NCBI GenBank assembly: GCA_049517335.1
Contig: JBEKSD010000001.1
Span: 128,001-192,000 of the forward strand
Length of the DNA stretch: 64,000 nt
Source: Candidatus Omnitrophota bacterium
Lineage (GTDB): Bacteria > Omnitrophota > Gorgyraeia > Gygaellales > Profunditerraquicolaceae
Reading direction: 5' to 3'
The notes under the pieces are model-generated. The model saw only the letters and a program-made list of their open reading frames with translations. It did not search any database and was not told the DNA's origin. Both the position numbers and the translations under genes were made by a program. The stretch's first letter is position 1; the number at the start of each line of letters is the position of its first letter. Shown here piece by piece: positions 62,119 through 64,000 of the stretch.

Positions 62119-63361
62119 TTACATCTGCGCGCTTGATATCGGCTCAAGTAAAATATCCGTAACCTTTGCGCAAATTAAAAAGAAGCGGTTAAGCAGCCTT
62201 GAATTTGTAACCGTTCCGTCTAAAGGCGTCAGGGGAGGAGTTATTGTTGATTCAATTGAGTTGGTCGGCGCTATCAGCAAGCTGATGAAAACCCTGAAAG
62301 CCAGGTCTGGCGTCAATATCAAGAATATTTACGCTAATATTTCGGGACAGGATATTGTTACCAAGCGCAGCCACGCAATAATCCCTTTGGCCGAGAGAGG
62401 GAATAAAGTCATCACCCAATCGGATATTGAAGCCGCAAATGAACAGGCGCGTATACTCGGTTCAAGCCTTGAAGAAGAAATTATACAGATTATTCCTTCA
62501 AGCTATACTATTGATTCCAAGGATAATATCATAAACCCATTCGGGCTCTACAGCCATAAGCTGGAAGTGGATTTATACCTTATCTGCGGGAGACTTTCAT
62601 CCATCCAGAGCCTTGCGAGAGTAATCCATCAGTCCGGTTATGAAATCAAGGATTTATTCTTCTCAGGCCTGGCCACAAGTAAAGCCGTGTTCAACAAAGA
62701 GCTAAGTGAGGGGCTGAATTTATTTTGCGATATCGGAAGCGATATTGTTGAATTATTGGTCTTTAAAGACGGACTTCTCAAGGATATGGAAATTATGTCT
62801 TTTGGAGGGGATGATTTGACGCAAAAGTTAAGTGATGAGCTTAAGATTCCCTTTGACTTAGCTGAAGATATAAAAAGATCCTACGGCATTATCGGGGATA
62901 TAGAACAGATAGAAGAGAACAAGGAGATTTTAGTAAAAAAGAGCGAGCTTTATAAGCCGATAAAACAGAAACTCGTTTCTCAGATTATTACTCTAAGCGC
63001 AAAAGATATCTGCTCAAAGATAAAAGACGCAGTTGTCAGGAAAGTTGCGCCCCATGAAGTAAATAATTTCATAATTACCGGGCGCACCCTGCTTTTGGAA
63101 GGTTTTATTGAAACCCTGGAAAATACCCTTTCTATGCCCGTAAAGCTGGGCCGCATCAGGAATGAAGAGGTCCTCGCCCTTGCAAAAGAAGACGACGCTC
63201 TATCCGGGCAGAAATACCTGAATTATCTCACCTCGCTCGGTATGATCTGCGAGGTCTTACAAAGAAAGCCTATTTCAATGCAACCCCTTCATCAGCCCGC
63301 CAAAAACCTCCTTACTAAGGTCAAGAACAAGCTTACAGAGGTATATCAGGAATATTTTTAA
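62102..63361 (+). CDS. ftsA: Cell division protein FtsA (divergent)
   Basis: LDIGSSKI, SKGVRGGVIVD, 1C domain, AEDIKRSYG, and an amphipathic C-terminus. Confidence 0.85.
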   Translation: MLNQNSYICALDIGSSKISVTFAQIKKKRLSSLEFVTVPSKGVRGGVIVDSIELVGAISKLMKTLKARSGVNIKNIYANISGQDIVTKRSHAIIPLAERGNKVITQSDIEAANEQARILGSSLEEEIIQIIPSSYTIDSKDNIINPFGLYSHKLEVDLYLICGRLSSIQSLARVIHQSGYEIKDLFFSGLATSKAVFNKELSEGLNLFCDIGSDIVELLVFKDGLLKDMEIMSFGGDDLTQKLSDELKIPFDLAEDIKRSYGIIGDIEQIEENKEILVKKSELYKPIKQKLVSQIITLSAKDICSKIKDAVVRKVAPHEVNNFIITGRTLLLEGFIETLENTLSMPVKLGRIRNEEVLALAKEDDALSGQKYLNYLTSLGMICEVLQRKPISMQPLHQPAKNLLTKVKNKLTEVYQEYF

Positions 63362-63375
63362 TTCATCTTTAAGGT

Positions 63376-63403
63376 TTGACCACTCAGTATTCTTGTGTAT
63401 AAT
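63376..63403 (+). promoter_or_regulatory. Promoter for yggS
   Basis: TTGACC, 16 nt spacer, TATAAT in the 73-nt ftsA-yggS gap. Confidence 0.5.
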
Positions 63404-63434
63404 ATATTAACTTAAAATTTGCTTAAGTAAGCTT

Positions 63435-64000
63435 ATGATTAAGGATAATATAGGTAAGGTAAGAGAGCGTATTGCTGCTGTTTGCAGCAGGATTGGCAGA
63501 AAACCGGAAAACATCACTATCGTAGCCATAAGTAAGGCTAGGCCGGTAGAAGAGATAAAAGAAGTAGTTGAGTCCGGGATTTGCGATATAGGTGAAAACA
63601 GGGTCCAGGAAGCTTTTTTGAAATATCACGCTTTACAGTATGCGATAAGCGGTAAGCTTATAAGGTGGCATATGGTCGGGCATCTTCAGACCAATAAGGT
63701 AAAAGATGCGGTTAAGATTTTTGATTTAATCCAGTCGGTGGACAGCCTGCATCTGGCGCAGGAAATTGATAAGCAGGCGGCAAAAATCAATAAACTGCAG
63801 GACGTGCTGGTTGAAATAAAAACTTCCCCCGAGGAAAACAAGTCCGGGATGAGCCCGCGCGCTGCCGTGGTTGTGATAAACGAAATAGTAAAACTGAAAA
63901 ACGTAAAGATAAAAGGCCTGATGACCATCGCTGCCGTAGTCGATGAGGCGCAAAAGGCACGGGAGTATTTTAAAGAATTGAGAGAGTTTAAAGAGAAGAT
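63435..64000 (+). CDS. yggS: YggS/PLP homeostasis protein (3'-truncated, not in the ORF track)
   Basis: MIKDNIGKVRERI...IVAISK...IGENRVQEA...WHMVGHLQTNKVK...IQSVDS...KGLMTI. Open to the window end. Confidence 0.93.
   Translation, partial: MIKDNIGKVRERIAAVCSRIGRKPENITIVAISKARPVEEIKEVVESGICDIGENRVQEAFLKYHALQYAISGKLIRWHMVGHLQTNKVKDAVKIFDLIQSVDSLHLAQEIDKQAAKINKLQDVLVEIKTSPEENKSGMSPRAAVVVINEIVKLKNVKIKGLMTIAAVVDEAQKAREYFKELREFKEK

Overview
A gene-dense bacterial chromosomal segment of roughly 40-42% GC (by eye), read with the standard code and almost entirely on the + strand. It is mostly housekeeping genes. In order: coaE-rho-rpmE-prfA-prmC-murA-trpGDCFBA (no trpE), an M16 peptidase, a CNNM protein, rsfS-argS-recJ and rpmB. 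An accessory block at about 16.8-24.8 kb holds a UvrD/PD-(D/E)XK helicase-nuclease, an uncalled HicB-like small protein, a deaminase, a DUF748-like protein, a SpeD-like protein, YkgJ, an inverted heptamer repeat, two aldolases and a ParZ/DUF3102-like protein. Then come rpsO-pnp-ftsK-rodZ-rimO-pgsA-pgpA, an inverted cinA-thpR pair, an FMN-riboswitch rib operon containing nusB and a PHP gene, tRNA-Pro(CGG), ligA-xerD-tRNA nucleotidyltransferase-rbfA-nrnA-ribF, and a dcw cluster from mraZ to ftsA. Gene content and style suggest a PVC-related lineage such as Ca. Omnitrophota (inference only). No CRISPR array, prophage, IS element or rRNA gene was seen. The most notable signals are: a dcw cluster that ends at a motif-degenerate ftsA with no ftsZ and carries an inserted secreted gluzincin peptidase; a PHP phosphatase inside the rib operon; two small genes missed by the ORF track; a probable ATA start for rsfS; an FMN aptamer with a structured insertion; and several structured intergenic elements.
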